From NCBI GenBank assembly GCA_963835065.1, contig CAWIEK010000025.1:1-17333 (forward strand): a DNA stretch of 17,333 nt. The letters run 5' to 3'. Position numbers and translations under genes: made by a program. The notes under the pieces are model-generated. The model was not told the DNA's origin and made no database searches. It saw only the letters and a program-made list of their open reading frames with translations. Shown here piece by piece: positions 9,217 to 16,715 of the stretch; within the stretch, counting starts at the first letter, position 1, and every line of letters begins with the position of its first letter. This DNA comes from an uncultured Chthonomonadaceae bacterium. Lineage in GTDB: Bacteria; Armatimonadota; Chthonomonadetes; Chthonomonadales; Chthonomonadaceae.

Positions 9217-10546
9217 GTACAGCAAAGAAGACTGCGCTGAAGGAGGCGGTGATTGCGCCGACGAAGAACGGCAGGGCGGGATTGCGCTCGAAGAGGATTC
9301 CGGCGATCAGGCTGGCGGGCAGCAGGGCGATGCCGACAACGGTATGGTACGCTCCTATTTGGGTAGCGCGTTGTTTTGGGTCGGCCATGTCGGCGGCAAA
9401 CGCGCGCTGGACGCCCTGCGTGAGCGTGTAGTACAGGCCGTACAGCAAAAACAAAACAACAATGGCGGTTTTACTGCTTGCCAGTCCGAAGCCTAAATAC
9501 ACCAGCGCGAAAACCACATAGCCGGAAATAATCAGCGGACGCCGCCCAATACGATCCGAAAGAATACCCGCGCCATACCCCAGAACCGCTTCCACCACAT
9601 TGAACGCCGCGTACAGCCATAAAACCTGTGAGGGCGTGAACCCCAAATTTCCCGCCCGCAGCACCAAAAACGCATCACTGGAATTTCCCAAATTGAACAG
9701 GAAAATAACCAGCAGAAACCGACGGTACTCTGGGGACAGGCGGAACCAGAAGGAGGTTGAGGGAGAAGAAGGTGATGAGTGATGAGTGATGAGTGATGAA
9801 TGGGAATTCAATTCATTACTCATCATTCCTCGTTCAGCATTTCCTTCTGCCTTCTGTCTTCTGTCTTCTGTCTTCTCCTCTTTCACCGCAAACAGCAGCG
9901 TCAGAACGGCGAGCAGGCCGGGGATGCCGGCGAAGACGAACAGCAGGCGCAGGTTGTGGGCTAAATCGTTGCTGTGCGCGTAGCGGTGGAGGAAGCCGAG
10001 AAAAGCAAGGCCGAACAGGGGGCCGAGTACCGCGCCCGTTGTGTCCATGGCGCGGTGCAGGCCGAACGCGCGCCCGCGCAGTTCTTTGGGCGTGGTTTCC
10101 GTAATCAGGGCGTCACGGGGGGCGGTGCGCAACCCTTTGCCGAACCGATCCACGAAGCGCAGTAACAGAACGAGCGGCCATACGTAGGCAAGTGCCATGA
10201 GCGGCTTACTGATGGCTCCAAAGCTGTAGCCAAGCACGGTGAGCGGCTTGCGTTTTCCGGTTTTGTCGGACCAGTAGCCGGACGCGAGGCGCAGCAGGCT
10301 GGCCGTGCTTTCCGCCACGCCTTCGATCAGGCCGACGGATACGGCGGACGCGCCCAATACGCCCGTCAGAAAAATGGGAACCTGCGTGTACGCCATTTCG
10401 CTGGACATATCCGTCAGCAGGCTGACAAACCCAAGCGCGATTACGGTACGTCCCAGGCGCGGCATGAGGGGGCGAGACGTTTCCGCTTTGTTCGTAATCG
10501 CGGCGTTATTCGTGTTTCCCGCTTCATTCGCGTTCCCCATCCTCAT
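9164..10546 (-). CDS. MFS transporter with a repeat-derived insertion in its central loop
   Basis: SLLTDMSSEM, GYWSDKTGKRK, RFVDRFGKGLRTAPRDALI, GRAFGLHRAMDTTGA and GILSDRIGRR. The start overlaps the upstream gene's stop (ATGA at 10543-10546); later ATGs are possible starts. Confidence 0.92.
   Translation of the reverse strand: MRMGNANEAGNTNNAAITNKAETSRPLMPRLGRTVIALGFVSLLTDMSSEMAYTQVPIFLTGVLGASAVSVGLIEGVAESTASLLRLASGYWSDKTGKRKPLTVLGYSFGAISKPLMALAYVWPLVLLLRFVDRFGKGLRTAPRDALITETTPKELRGRAFGLHRAMDTTGAVLGPLFGLAFLGFLHRYAHSNDLAHNLRLLFVFAGIPGLLAVLTLLFAVKEEKTEDRRQKAEGNAERGMMSNELNSHSSLITHHSSPSSPSTSFWFRLSPEYRRFLLVIFLFNLGNSSDAFLVLRAGNLGFTPSQVLWLYAAFNVVEAVLGYGAGILSDRIGRRPLIISGYVVFALVYLGFGLASSKTAIVVLFLLYGLYYTLTQGVQRAFAADMADPKQRATQIGAYHTVVGIALLPASLIAGILFERNPALPFFVGAITASFSAVFFAVQRGRKEEKKKTRRGEGR
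9773..9877. repeat. Intragenic heptamer-repeat palindrome in the MFS gene
   Basis: (TGATGAG)x3+TGATGAA at 9773-9800, a degenerate inverse arm TTCATTA-CTCATCA-TTCCTCG-TTCAGCA at 9812-9839, then (YCTTCTG)x4+TCTTCTC at 9843-9877. Confidence 0.85.
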
Positions 10547-11370
10547 TTGCCGAATACCGTCCGCAGCGATTCCTGAATGTGCTTCAAGCCCACTTCAAAT
10601 TCCGTTTTATAGCCTTCCACTTCCGCCGTGATATACTCGTCGTAGCCGATGGCTTCCAGCGCGGTTTTGACTCGCGCCCAGGGAACGTCGCCTTGCAAGG
10701 GATTGCAGAACGCGCGTCCGTTGCCGATGCCTGATTTGAAGTCCTTGACGTGAACCTTCTTGATGCGCTTGCCCAAAATGCGTATCCACTGGTCGGGATA
10801 GCCATATTGCAGGATGTTGCCGACATCGAAGTACGCGCCGATGCTGCTGGTTCCCGCCGCCCCATTGATTTCGTCAATGAAGCGGGCGAATTCTAAGGGC
10901 GACAGCAGGAACTTGTTCCAGACGTTTTCCACGCCTATCGCAACGCCCAATTCCTGCGCGGCGGGAGCCAGTTCTTTCAGCGTGGTTTGCGCCCGCTCGT
11001 AAGCCTCGTCGTAAGCAATCGTATCGCTGACAATTCCCGGCACAACCAAAATGGTATCCACGCCCATCCATTTCGCGGCTTGCAGGGAAGCGCGAATAGT
11101 CTCCACCCCTTTGCGGCGTATGGCTTCGTCCGGTGAGGTAATCAGGTACTTCCAGCCCAGCCCGGTTGACAGGCTCGACAGTTCCAAGCCAATGCCGTTC
11201 GCCGCCGCCACCAACGCCTTCACGTCCTGCTCACTGGTTTCCGCCGTGAGTTCGCCATCCTCGGCAATGTTGATTTCGATGCTGTCAAACCCCGCCTGCT
11301 TGACAAGGGTAAAGCACTCGGAAAGCGGCAGGTGTGAAGGCAGTGTCCAGCGATTGATTCCAATTTTCAC
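10543..11370 (-). CDS. Sugar phosphate isomerase/epimerase (xylose-isomerase-like TIM barrel, AP endonuclease 2 family)
   Basis: AGFDSIE, GVAIGVENVWNKFLLSP, YFDVGN, VHVKDF, GDVPW and YITAE metal-site motifs. GTG at 11370 follows AAAGGAG (11380-11386, minus strand); the ORF track starts at 11394. Confidence 0.9.
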   Translation of the reverse strand: MKIGINRWTLPSHLPLSECFTLVKQAGFDSIEINIAEDGELTAETSEQDVKALVAAANGIGLELSSLSTGLGWKYLITSPDEAIRRKGVETIRASLQAAKWMGVDTILVVPGIVSDTIAYDEAYERAQTTLKELAPAAQELGVAIGVENVWNKFLLSPLEFARFIDEINGAAGTSSIGAYFDVGNILQYGYPDQWIRILGKRIKKVHVKDFKSGIGNGRAFCNPLQGDVPWARVKTALEAIGYDEYITAEVEGYKTEFEVGLKHIQESLRTVFGK

Positions 11371-11395
11371 GGTTTCAGGCTCCTTTGGATGCAAC

Positions 11396-11525
11396 GGTGT
11401 TCAGGTGTTCAGGTGTTCAGGTGTTTGGGTGTTTGGGCTGACAGATAAAAGGTTGCGGTAGTTTAGCACTGATGGTTGCAAGTGTCAGAGACTCCTGAAT
11501 ACCCGAACACCTGAACACCTGAACA
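11396..11525. repeat. Octamer-repeat palindromic element between the kinase and isomerase genes
   Basis: (GGTGTTCA)x3(GGTGTTTG)x2 at 11396-11435 versus CCTGAATA-CCCGAACA-(CCTGAACA)x2 at 11494-11525. 11406-11425 and 11506-11525 are perfect reverse complements (20 bp). Confidence 0.9.
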
Positions 11526-11528
11526 TCC

Positions 11529-13976
11529 TCATTTATCATGTATGCGCCACAAGTTGATGACGCCGTTGCGGTCGCCGCAGGCCAGCATTTTGCCGTCGGG
11601 CGCGAAGGCGATGGTTTCCACGTTGGCTTCCGCTCCGGGAAACGTATGCACGATGCTGGAACTGGCAATGTCCCACAGGCGGGCGGCTCCGTCGCTGCCG
11701 CCACACGCCACTTTCGAGCCGTCAGGGGAAAACGCCACGCCGTTGACCATTAGAATACCCTTTGCTTCCAGCATTTTCTCCAGATTGCCCGTGCGCGGGT
11801 TCCAAAGCCGAATGGTGTTGTCATTGCCGGCGCTGGCAAGGCGGTTGCCGTCGGGAGAAAAGGCGACGGACTGGCAGCGCTCGCTGTGTCCTTTGCGCGA
11901 CCAGAGCAGGGTTCCCGTGCGCGCGTCCCATACGCTTACGCGCCCCGGTTCGCCCGACCCCGATGAGCCACTGCCCGCCGCGATTAATGCGCCATCCGGC
12001 GACACGGCAATTCCGTACACTTCCCCCGGCGCGTCCAGAAGGCGCAAGGCCGCGCCCGTTTCCACATCCCATATTTCTACGGTTTTGTCGCGGCTGCCCG
12101 TCACCATGCGCAGGCTGTCAGGCGTAAAGGCTACGCTGTCCACATCGCTTTTGAAACCCGTAAACACCTGCCGCAATCGCCACGAGCGCGTATCCCACAG
12201 GCGCACCGTTCCCGGTTCCAGCACCGCGCTTGTTCCTGCCGCGAACAAGCGCCCATCGGGAGAAAAGGCAACGGACGCGATGTTGGAAGGACCCATATTC
12301 TGCACAAAGCGGCGCGTGATGTCGCCCGTCTGCACATCGAACAGAGCCGCTTCGCCGTTGATCAAGCGCTGATCTTCATTGCGTTCCGTGCCGACCGCAA
12401 CCGTTCGGCTATCCGGCGAAAACGTCACGGAGCGGACGGGTCCCTTTTCCTCAAGGGTGCGCAAATCCGCCGCCACGAATGAGCGATTGGCCGCGCCCGC
12501 CAGAATAATCACAGACACGACACCACCCGTAATTCCGGCGCTCACGGCCAGCCAGCGCCCGGCCTTGCCGCTGTACCAGCCGATCAGGGCGGCAATCAAT
12601 GTGCAAACGCCGAAGAACAGATGAAAGCCGGGAACCATCAGCGCTAAAATCAGAAAACTAAGCGCCGTCCATGTTGCGGCGGGATACGGCGGAATGGCCG
12701 GCAACACGAAACTTCCATTTCCAACGGCGGCAGAGGGGTGAACGCTTGGCGCGAGGGGCCAGTTGGGGAGGTTGGTGGCTGGTGGCTGGTGGCTGGTGGC
12801 CGGGGCAAGCGGCGATAGGCGTATTACGGTTGGCGTGTGGCGCGGCGTGGTTAAGGTTATAGAACCGGAAGCGTGGTAAACCGGCTGTGGCTCGATGCGG
12901 CGGATGTCGCGTCCGGGGCGGACGTAGGGTTGGGCGGATTGGAGCGGGAAAGGGTCGCGGCCTCCCAATTTCTCTTTGCGCTCGCACCAGGGGCAGGCCG
13001 CGAGATGCTTACCGTAACGGTGCTGCGCGTTGAGGGCGCACGTTATCAGGGCTTCTTCGGCCTGCATCAGCGCGTTTGCCCACGTTGCGGCGTCAGGGCG
13101 CAGGTCGGGGTTGGCGTGTCCCTCCTCAAAACAGCGCGTGAACAGGGCGCGTAAGGTGGGATGCAGCATGTCTATGGGCGGGGCAAGCGGCATGGGCGTG
13201 AACGGCGTCGGGCGCGTTCCATACGTGTAATGCCCGTTTTGGATGCGGGTTTCGTAGGGTGGCGGGTCGTCCTCGCCCTGATACACGCCGGAAAACGGGT
13301 GCGCGCCCTCCATCAGCAGCTGGAAAATCAGCACGGCAAGGCCGAAGCGGTCACTTGCTTCCGTACGCAGCACTTGCCGAAAGTTCTTGCCCTGATGCTC
13401 CGGGGGCGTAAATTCCGGCTTGCCGACGGGACAGCGGTACACGGTTCCGGTCTGCGGGTCGCGCACCTGAAACGAATCGGTATCCACCAGGGTGACGAGC
13501 GCGGTTTCCGTGACAAGCAGGTTCGACTCGTTGATGTCGCCGATAACGTAGCCGCGATTGTGCAAGGCGCGAACCGCGCTGCTCACGTTGCGGGCGGCGC
13601 GGTGCAGGTAGAGGTAATTGAAAAGCGGAAGTTCCTGCCGCCGGGTGACGGGGTTGTACACGTTGAACAGGGGGCGCATCCCGGACACACGCGGCATCAG
13701 AAACCCCGCAAACCCCTGATCGCCGTACATCTTGCGCAATGAGTCCAGCGGCCACGCAATGGAAATATGCTCCTGCGCCGACATCGGATCGTCGGGCGGG
13801 TTGGCAAGCATGGCAGCCAGTTTACGCGCCTGCGCGTCCGTAGGCCGATGATAGATTTTGGCGGCCAGCCGTCCATCGGCAGACGCGGCAAAAACCTTCG
13901 CCTCGCCGCCCACTCCCAAAGGAGCCGCGTCGGGCACGATCACGCGCTGATTGTTGGATTGGCGCAGGTAACGCAT
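11529..13976 (-). CDS. YegI-like Ser/Thr kinase of the TerY-P triad with a Cys/His ribbon, TM helices and a C-terminal WD40 beta-propeller
   Basis: LGVGGEAKVF, AAKIYH, IGDINESNLLV, LVDTDSFQ, VGKPEFTPPE, DRFGLAVLIFQLL..G.HPF and C..N..H.Y..HL..CPWC. A Pro-rich linker and hydrophobic segments follow, then about 7 V.SVAFSPDG..LA....D..V.LWD repeats. Confidence 0.92.
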   Translation of the reverse strand: MRYLRQSNNQRVIVPDAAPLGVGGEAKVFAASADGRLAAKIYHRPTDAQARKLAAMLANPPDDPMSAQEHISIAWPLDSLRKMYGDQGFAGFLMPRVSGMRPLFNVYNPVTRRQELPLFNYLYLHRAARNVSSAVRALHNRGYVIGDINESNLLVTETALVTLVDTDSFQVRDPQTGTVYRCPVGKPEFTPPEHQGKNFRQVLRTEASDRFGLAVLIFQLLMEGAHPFSGVYQGEDDPPPYETRIQNGHYTYGTRPTPFTPMPLAPPIDMLHPTLRALFTRCFEEGHANPDLRPDAATWANALMQAEEALITCALNAQHRYGKHLAACPWCERKEKLGGRDPFPLQSAQPYVRPGRDIRRIEPQPVYHASGSITLTTPRHTPTVIRLSPLAPATSHQPPATNLPNWPLAPSVHPSAAVGNGSFVLPAIPPYPAATWTALSFLILALMVPGFHLFFGVCTLIAALIGWYSGKAGRWLAVSAGITGGVVSVIILAGAANRSFVAADLRTLEEKGPVRSVTFSPDSRTVAVGTERNEDQRLINGEAALFDVQTGDITRRFVQNMGPSNIASVAFSPDGRLFAAGTSAVLEPGTVRLWDTRSWRLRQVFTGFKSDVDSVAFTPDSLRMVTGSRDKTVEIWDVETGAALRLLDAPGEVYGIAVSPDGALIAAGSGSSGSGEPGRVSVWDARTGTLLWSRKGHSERCQSVAFSPDGNRLASAGNDNTIRLWNPRTGNLEKMLEAKGILMVNGVAFSPDGSKVACGGSDGAARLWDIASSSIVHTFPGAEANVETIAFAPDGKMLACGDRNGVINLWRIHDK
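12773..12800. repeat. Intragenic heptamer array (TGGTGGC)x4 in the kinase linker
   Basis: Four exact copies, translated as ATSHQPPATN. Confidence 0.9.
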
Positions 13977-13980
13977 AGGA

Positions 13981-14567
13981 GATAGGGAACAGGTTACAGG
14001 GAACAGGTTACAGTAGAAGCCACAGTTTTTGTTGTGGTGTTCGTGTTGTTAGAATAGGGAACAGAGTTTCAGGTTCAGGCGATGAGTTTTGCTCGCAGGG
14101 CAGTCAGCATTTTGCTGATTTCTACGATGAGCGCCAACGTTGGGGCCGTTGTCGCTTCCTCAAGGTAATTGAGTCTGATTGCCAGCATCAGGAATGTCTC
14201 TGTTTCCATCAGCGAACCTTTGGCGATAGATAGAAAGTGCGCGTAATCACGACTGGAACCACGCGCGCTGCCTTCTGCAATGTTGGCAGGAACAGAAGCC
14301 GCCGCGCGTGTGATCTGAGAAGTGAGACGGTAAGCCTCACTTGCGGGAAAACGCTGGGACAACTGGTAAACCTGCACAACCATGTCCATGGCCTTCTGCC
14401 AGACAATCAAATCACGATGAGAACCAACCTTTTCACTCATCCCATTCTCCTTCTTTGCATCTTGATGTTGAATTCTGCCTTCAGATAATCCCCTTCTTCA
14501 AGCAAACACCCCTCTCCTCTATTCCCTATCTTCTGTTCCCTGTAACCTGTAACCTGTTCCCTATCCT
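13981..14567 (-). mobile_element. Putative intervening element: four-helix-bundle gene flanked by inverted heptamer-repeat arms
   Basis: The left arm GATAGGGAACAGGTTACAGG (13981-14000) is the perfect reverse complement of 14546-14565. The arms are built from CTGTTCC/CTGTAAC/CTATTCC units (13981-14013, a partial copy near 14052-14065, and 14519-14567). Mobility is inferred. Confidence 0.6.
14075..14440 (-). CDS. Four helix bundle protein (23S rRNA intervening-sequence protein / Avd-like family)
   Basis: HRDLIVWQKAMD..VY....FP..E.Y.LTSQITRAAASVPANIAEG..R....Y.HFLSIAKGSL.E.ET is the family signature. RBS AAGGAG at 14447-14452 (minus strand). Confidence 0.93.
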   Translation of the reverse strand: MSEKVGSHRDLIVWQKAMDMVVQVYQLSQRFPASEAYRLTSQITRAAASVPANIAEGSARGSSRDYAHFLSIAKGSLMETETFLMLAIRLNYLEEATTAPTLALIVEISKMLTALRAKLIA

Positions 14568-15364
14568 CTCACTGCCAAAAGCAACGTCAAATCATCATCG
14601 GCGCGTTCGGTGATGCGGGGTGAGCGCAGGAAGGCCGTTAATTGTTGTGTGCCCTGCTGCGCGTCTTCCATTTGGTGGGCGAAGCGGAACAGGGGCGTAA
14701 AAAAGGGCGCGTGGGGTGTGCCTTCGGGCAGTTTCAGCGCCAAACGCTGCAAGCCGTCCGAAAACATGGCAAGGCCGGTTAAGGGCAGGGTTTGCACGAC
14801 GATTTGCGCGGATTCGAGGGCGTCCGGCGAGGTGACAAAGGTGGTGGCGTTGGCGTACTCGGCATCCGGGGGAACGGTGACGGCTACGAACTCTTTCGCC
14901 GCGTTCTGCGCCACAACCGCGCCATCCCCCACTTGCAGCGCGGCGATTTGATCCGAATATACAACCACGAGCAGCAGCGTGGTGGCAAATTCGCGCAGGG
15001 GTTCGCGGCGCGTTTCGGCTTCGGTTTCCAATGCCTGCTGAACGGCGCGTAAAGCGGCCTGCAAATCTGCGCTTTCGATGTTTATGCCTGCTGCCGAAGC
15101 GTTTTGGATACGGCGTTCCAGCGTTTCCACGCTCACCTGAACGGCGATACGCGAACCGATTTCCGATAGGGCGGCAGACCCGGCCCCATCCGCCACCGCG
15201 CAAATCAAAACCGAGTTGGACAACTGCCGAAAGGCATGGGCGTCCTGACACGGCAGATTGGCTTTTTCATGGCTCACGCCCGTCACGGATGCCGCCACAA
15301 CTTGCCAATTTTCGATTTTCGATTTTCGATTTTCGATTGCGGGTTGGGAGTTACTGCTGTTCAA
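14561..15364 (-). CDS. PP2C-family Ser/Thr phosphatase of the TerY-P triad (YegK/PphC-like)
   Basis: WQVVAASVTGVSH....PCQDA, AVADGAGSA..SEIGS, ATTLL, QVGDG, EYANATTF, MFSDGL and RADDDLTL. TTG at 15364 follows AGGAG (15370-15374); the ORF-track start at 15454 lies inside a repeat arm. Confidence 0.9.
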   Translation of the reverse strand: MNSSNSQPAIENRKSKIENWQVVAASVTGVSHEKANLPCQDAHAFRQLSNSVLICAVADGAGSAALSEIGSRIAVQVSVETLERRIQNASAAGINIESADLQAALRAVQQALETEAETRREPLREFATTLLLVVVYSDQIAALQVGDGAVVAQNAAKEFVAVTVPPDAEYANATTFVTSPDALESAQIVVQTLPLTGLAMFSDGLQRLALKLPEGTPHAPFFTPLFRFAHQMEDAQQGTQQLTAFLRSPRITERADDDLTLLLAVRG

Positions 15365-15476
15365 AGCGGCTCCTGTGTTTGTCTTGAACCATGATTTATC
15401 AGGATTAGGATGATTGCCATGATTGCAGGAGGCGCTTTCCTTAACAATCGGCAATCGAAAATCGAAAATCGAAAAT
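15308..15476. repeat. Heptamer-repeat palindrome spanning the terY-PP2C junction
   Basis: (ATTTTCG)x4 at 15308-15335 and (CGAAAAT)x3 at 15456-15476. 15315-15340 and 15451-15476 are perfect reverse complements (26 bp). An internal ATGATT/AGGATT ~9-mer series lies at about 15391-15424. Confidence 0.9.
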
Positions 15477-15478
15477 TC

Positions 15479-16153
15479 CTAAACGGTTCCCCATCCGGGC
15501 GGGGGAAGCGCCACTTGCTCGTCTACCTGTGACTGCGAGATTTTCTGCATACTGGCGGACAGCCACACGAACATCTCGACGAAATTCAGCCCTTTCAATT
15601 TGACGGGGGCGCGGACGGCGAGTTGGGCGAGGCGGTCCATGTCCGCGTTTTCCACGCCCACCGCGAAAAAGGCGACGCGCTTGGCGGCTTCGTCCGCTTT
15701 GATGCGCTGCGCGGCCTGCGTAACCAAATCTTCCGGTTCGCCCTGCGGAGCGCCGTCCGTAATCAGGAACACCCAGGGGCGGTAGTACGCGACGCCATTG
15801 GCGCGGTACTGCGTTTTACGCGCCTGCACCATATCCAGCGCCTTGTTGATGGCCGCGCCCATGTGGGTCATGCCCCGCGCCGTCAGCGTGGGCGGCGCAA
15901 ACTGGTCGGCGGTGACAAAATCCTGCTCGACGGCGATCTCGTTGTTGAAGGTGACGACGGCGATTTCCACGCGGCGGGAGGCGAGATTGTCCTTGACGAT
16001 TTCCGTTTTGAAGGATTGCAGCCCGGCGTTGAGGGCTTGCAGCGGTGCACCGTTCATGGAGCCGGACGTGTCCAGCAGCAGGACGCAGGGGCAGCGGGGT
16101 TCGGGATTTTCGGCAAACTCAACGGCGTCTTCTAAGGCAGTCGGGGCGACCAT
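15479..16153 (-). CDS. terY: TerY-family vWA domain protein (YegL-like)
   Basis: NPEPRCPCVLLLDTSGSMNG (MIDAS DxSxS), RVEIAVVTF, A.G.T.MGAAI, YYRPWVFLITDGAP and F.E.F.WLS.S. RBS AAGGAG at 16165-16170. Confidence 0.93.
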   Translation of the reverse strand: MVAPTALEDAVEFAENPEPRCPCVLLLDTSGSMNGAPLQALNAGLQSFKTEIVKDNLASRRVEIAVVTFNNEIAVEQDFVTADQFAPPTLTARGMTHMGAAINKALDMVQARKTQYRANGVAYYRPWVFLITDGAPQGEPEDLVTQAAQRIKADEAAKRVAFFAVGVENADMDRLAQLAVRAPVKLKGLNFVEMFVWLSASMQKISQSQVDEQVALPPPGWGTV

Positions 16154-16360
16154 CGCGGCAGGTACTCCTTGTCATTAGGCAGGGAAAGTTGGGTTACGTA
16201 TGGATTCATACGCAAATCGCCGCGTGAGCGTTGCCGCAAAGCCGACTGCGAAAAAAGGGTATGTAGAGGCATCGTCGAAATTTTGGCAATACAGCGCTTC
16301 CAGCCCGATGTCTCGTTGTGTCAGATTGTAGGGGGTAGAGGCGTCGTGACCTCGTAAGCG

Positions 16361-16387
16361 TCAGGGCGAACGGGAGGGGTGAAACAT
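16361..16387 (-). CDS. Candidate 8-aa leader/small ORF MFHPSRSP
   Basis: AAAGGAGGTG (16395-16404, minus strand) lies 7 nt before the ATG at 16387; TGA at 16361-16363. Confidence 0.35.
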   Translation of the reverse strand: MFHPSRSP

Positions 16388-16580
16388 GGGATTGCACCTC
16401 CTTTGCTAAATGGTAGACACTTGTTTATTTAGACGGGAGGAATGGGGCAAAAGGTTCGCTGTTTTCGGGTTCTTTTGCTCTTTTTTTCTGTTTTTTCGGG
16501 ATTGTTTTTGCCGGTACACTGCGGCGTCTGCTTGCCGGGTATTGAAAACGCTTGCTGTGAAATAGCGCCCGTGTGGTTTA

Positions 16581-16698
16581 CCGGGGGTTGAAAACCCCTG
16601 TCTGGACAAAGCAAGCGTCTTGCTGACGCGCTCATGCTTTCTGGAAGTTGCGTCTGGAAGACGCTTGCACTTTCCTGCCGGGGATTTTCAATCCCCGG
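16581..16698. repeat. REP/REPIN-like palindrome pair
   Basis: CCGGGGGTTGAAAACCCCTG (16581-16600) and an inverted CCGGGGATTTTCAATCCCCGG (16678-16698), each a hairpin. Inner perfect IR GCAAGCGTCTT (16611-16621) / AAGACGCTTGC (16658-16668). Confidence 0.7.
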
Positions 16699-16715
16699 CC
16701 AGTAGTTCACAGCAA

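Noticed and set aside
14075..14440. Diversity-generating retroelement (Avd-like gene)
   Set aside because: No reverse transcriptase and no TR/VR pair differing at adenines were seen in the window.
11542..15387. Alternative-frame and antisense ORFs (e.g. 11542-12372 +, 13161-13742 +, 14595-15251 -)
   Set aside because: They overlap the strongly supported kinase and PP2C genes and are expected by-products of GC-rich coding sequence.
8961..15476. Repeat arrays as CRISPR
   Set aside because: Units are 7-9 nt, tandem and without unique spacers; no cas genes are present.
16210..16272. c-di-GMP-I riboswitch-like GCAAA..GTGA..CGCAAAGCC
   Set aside because: It is on the strand opposite to terY, the first stem is poor and no tetraloop-receptor stem is evident; cmscan would settle it.
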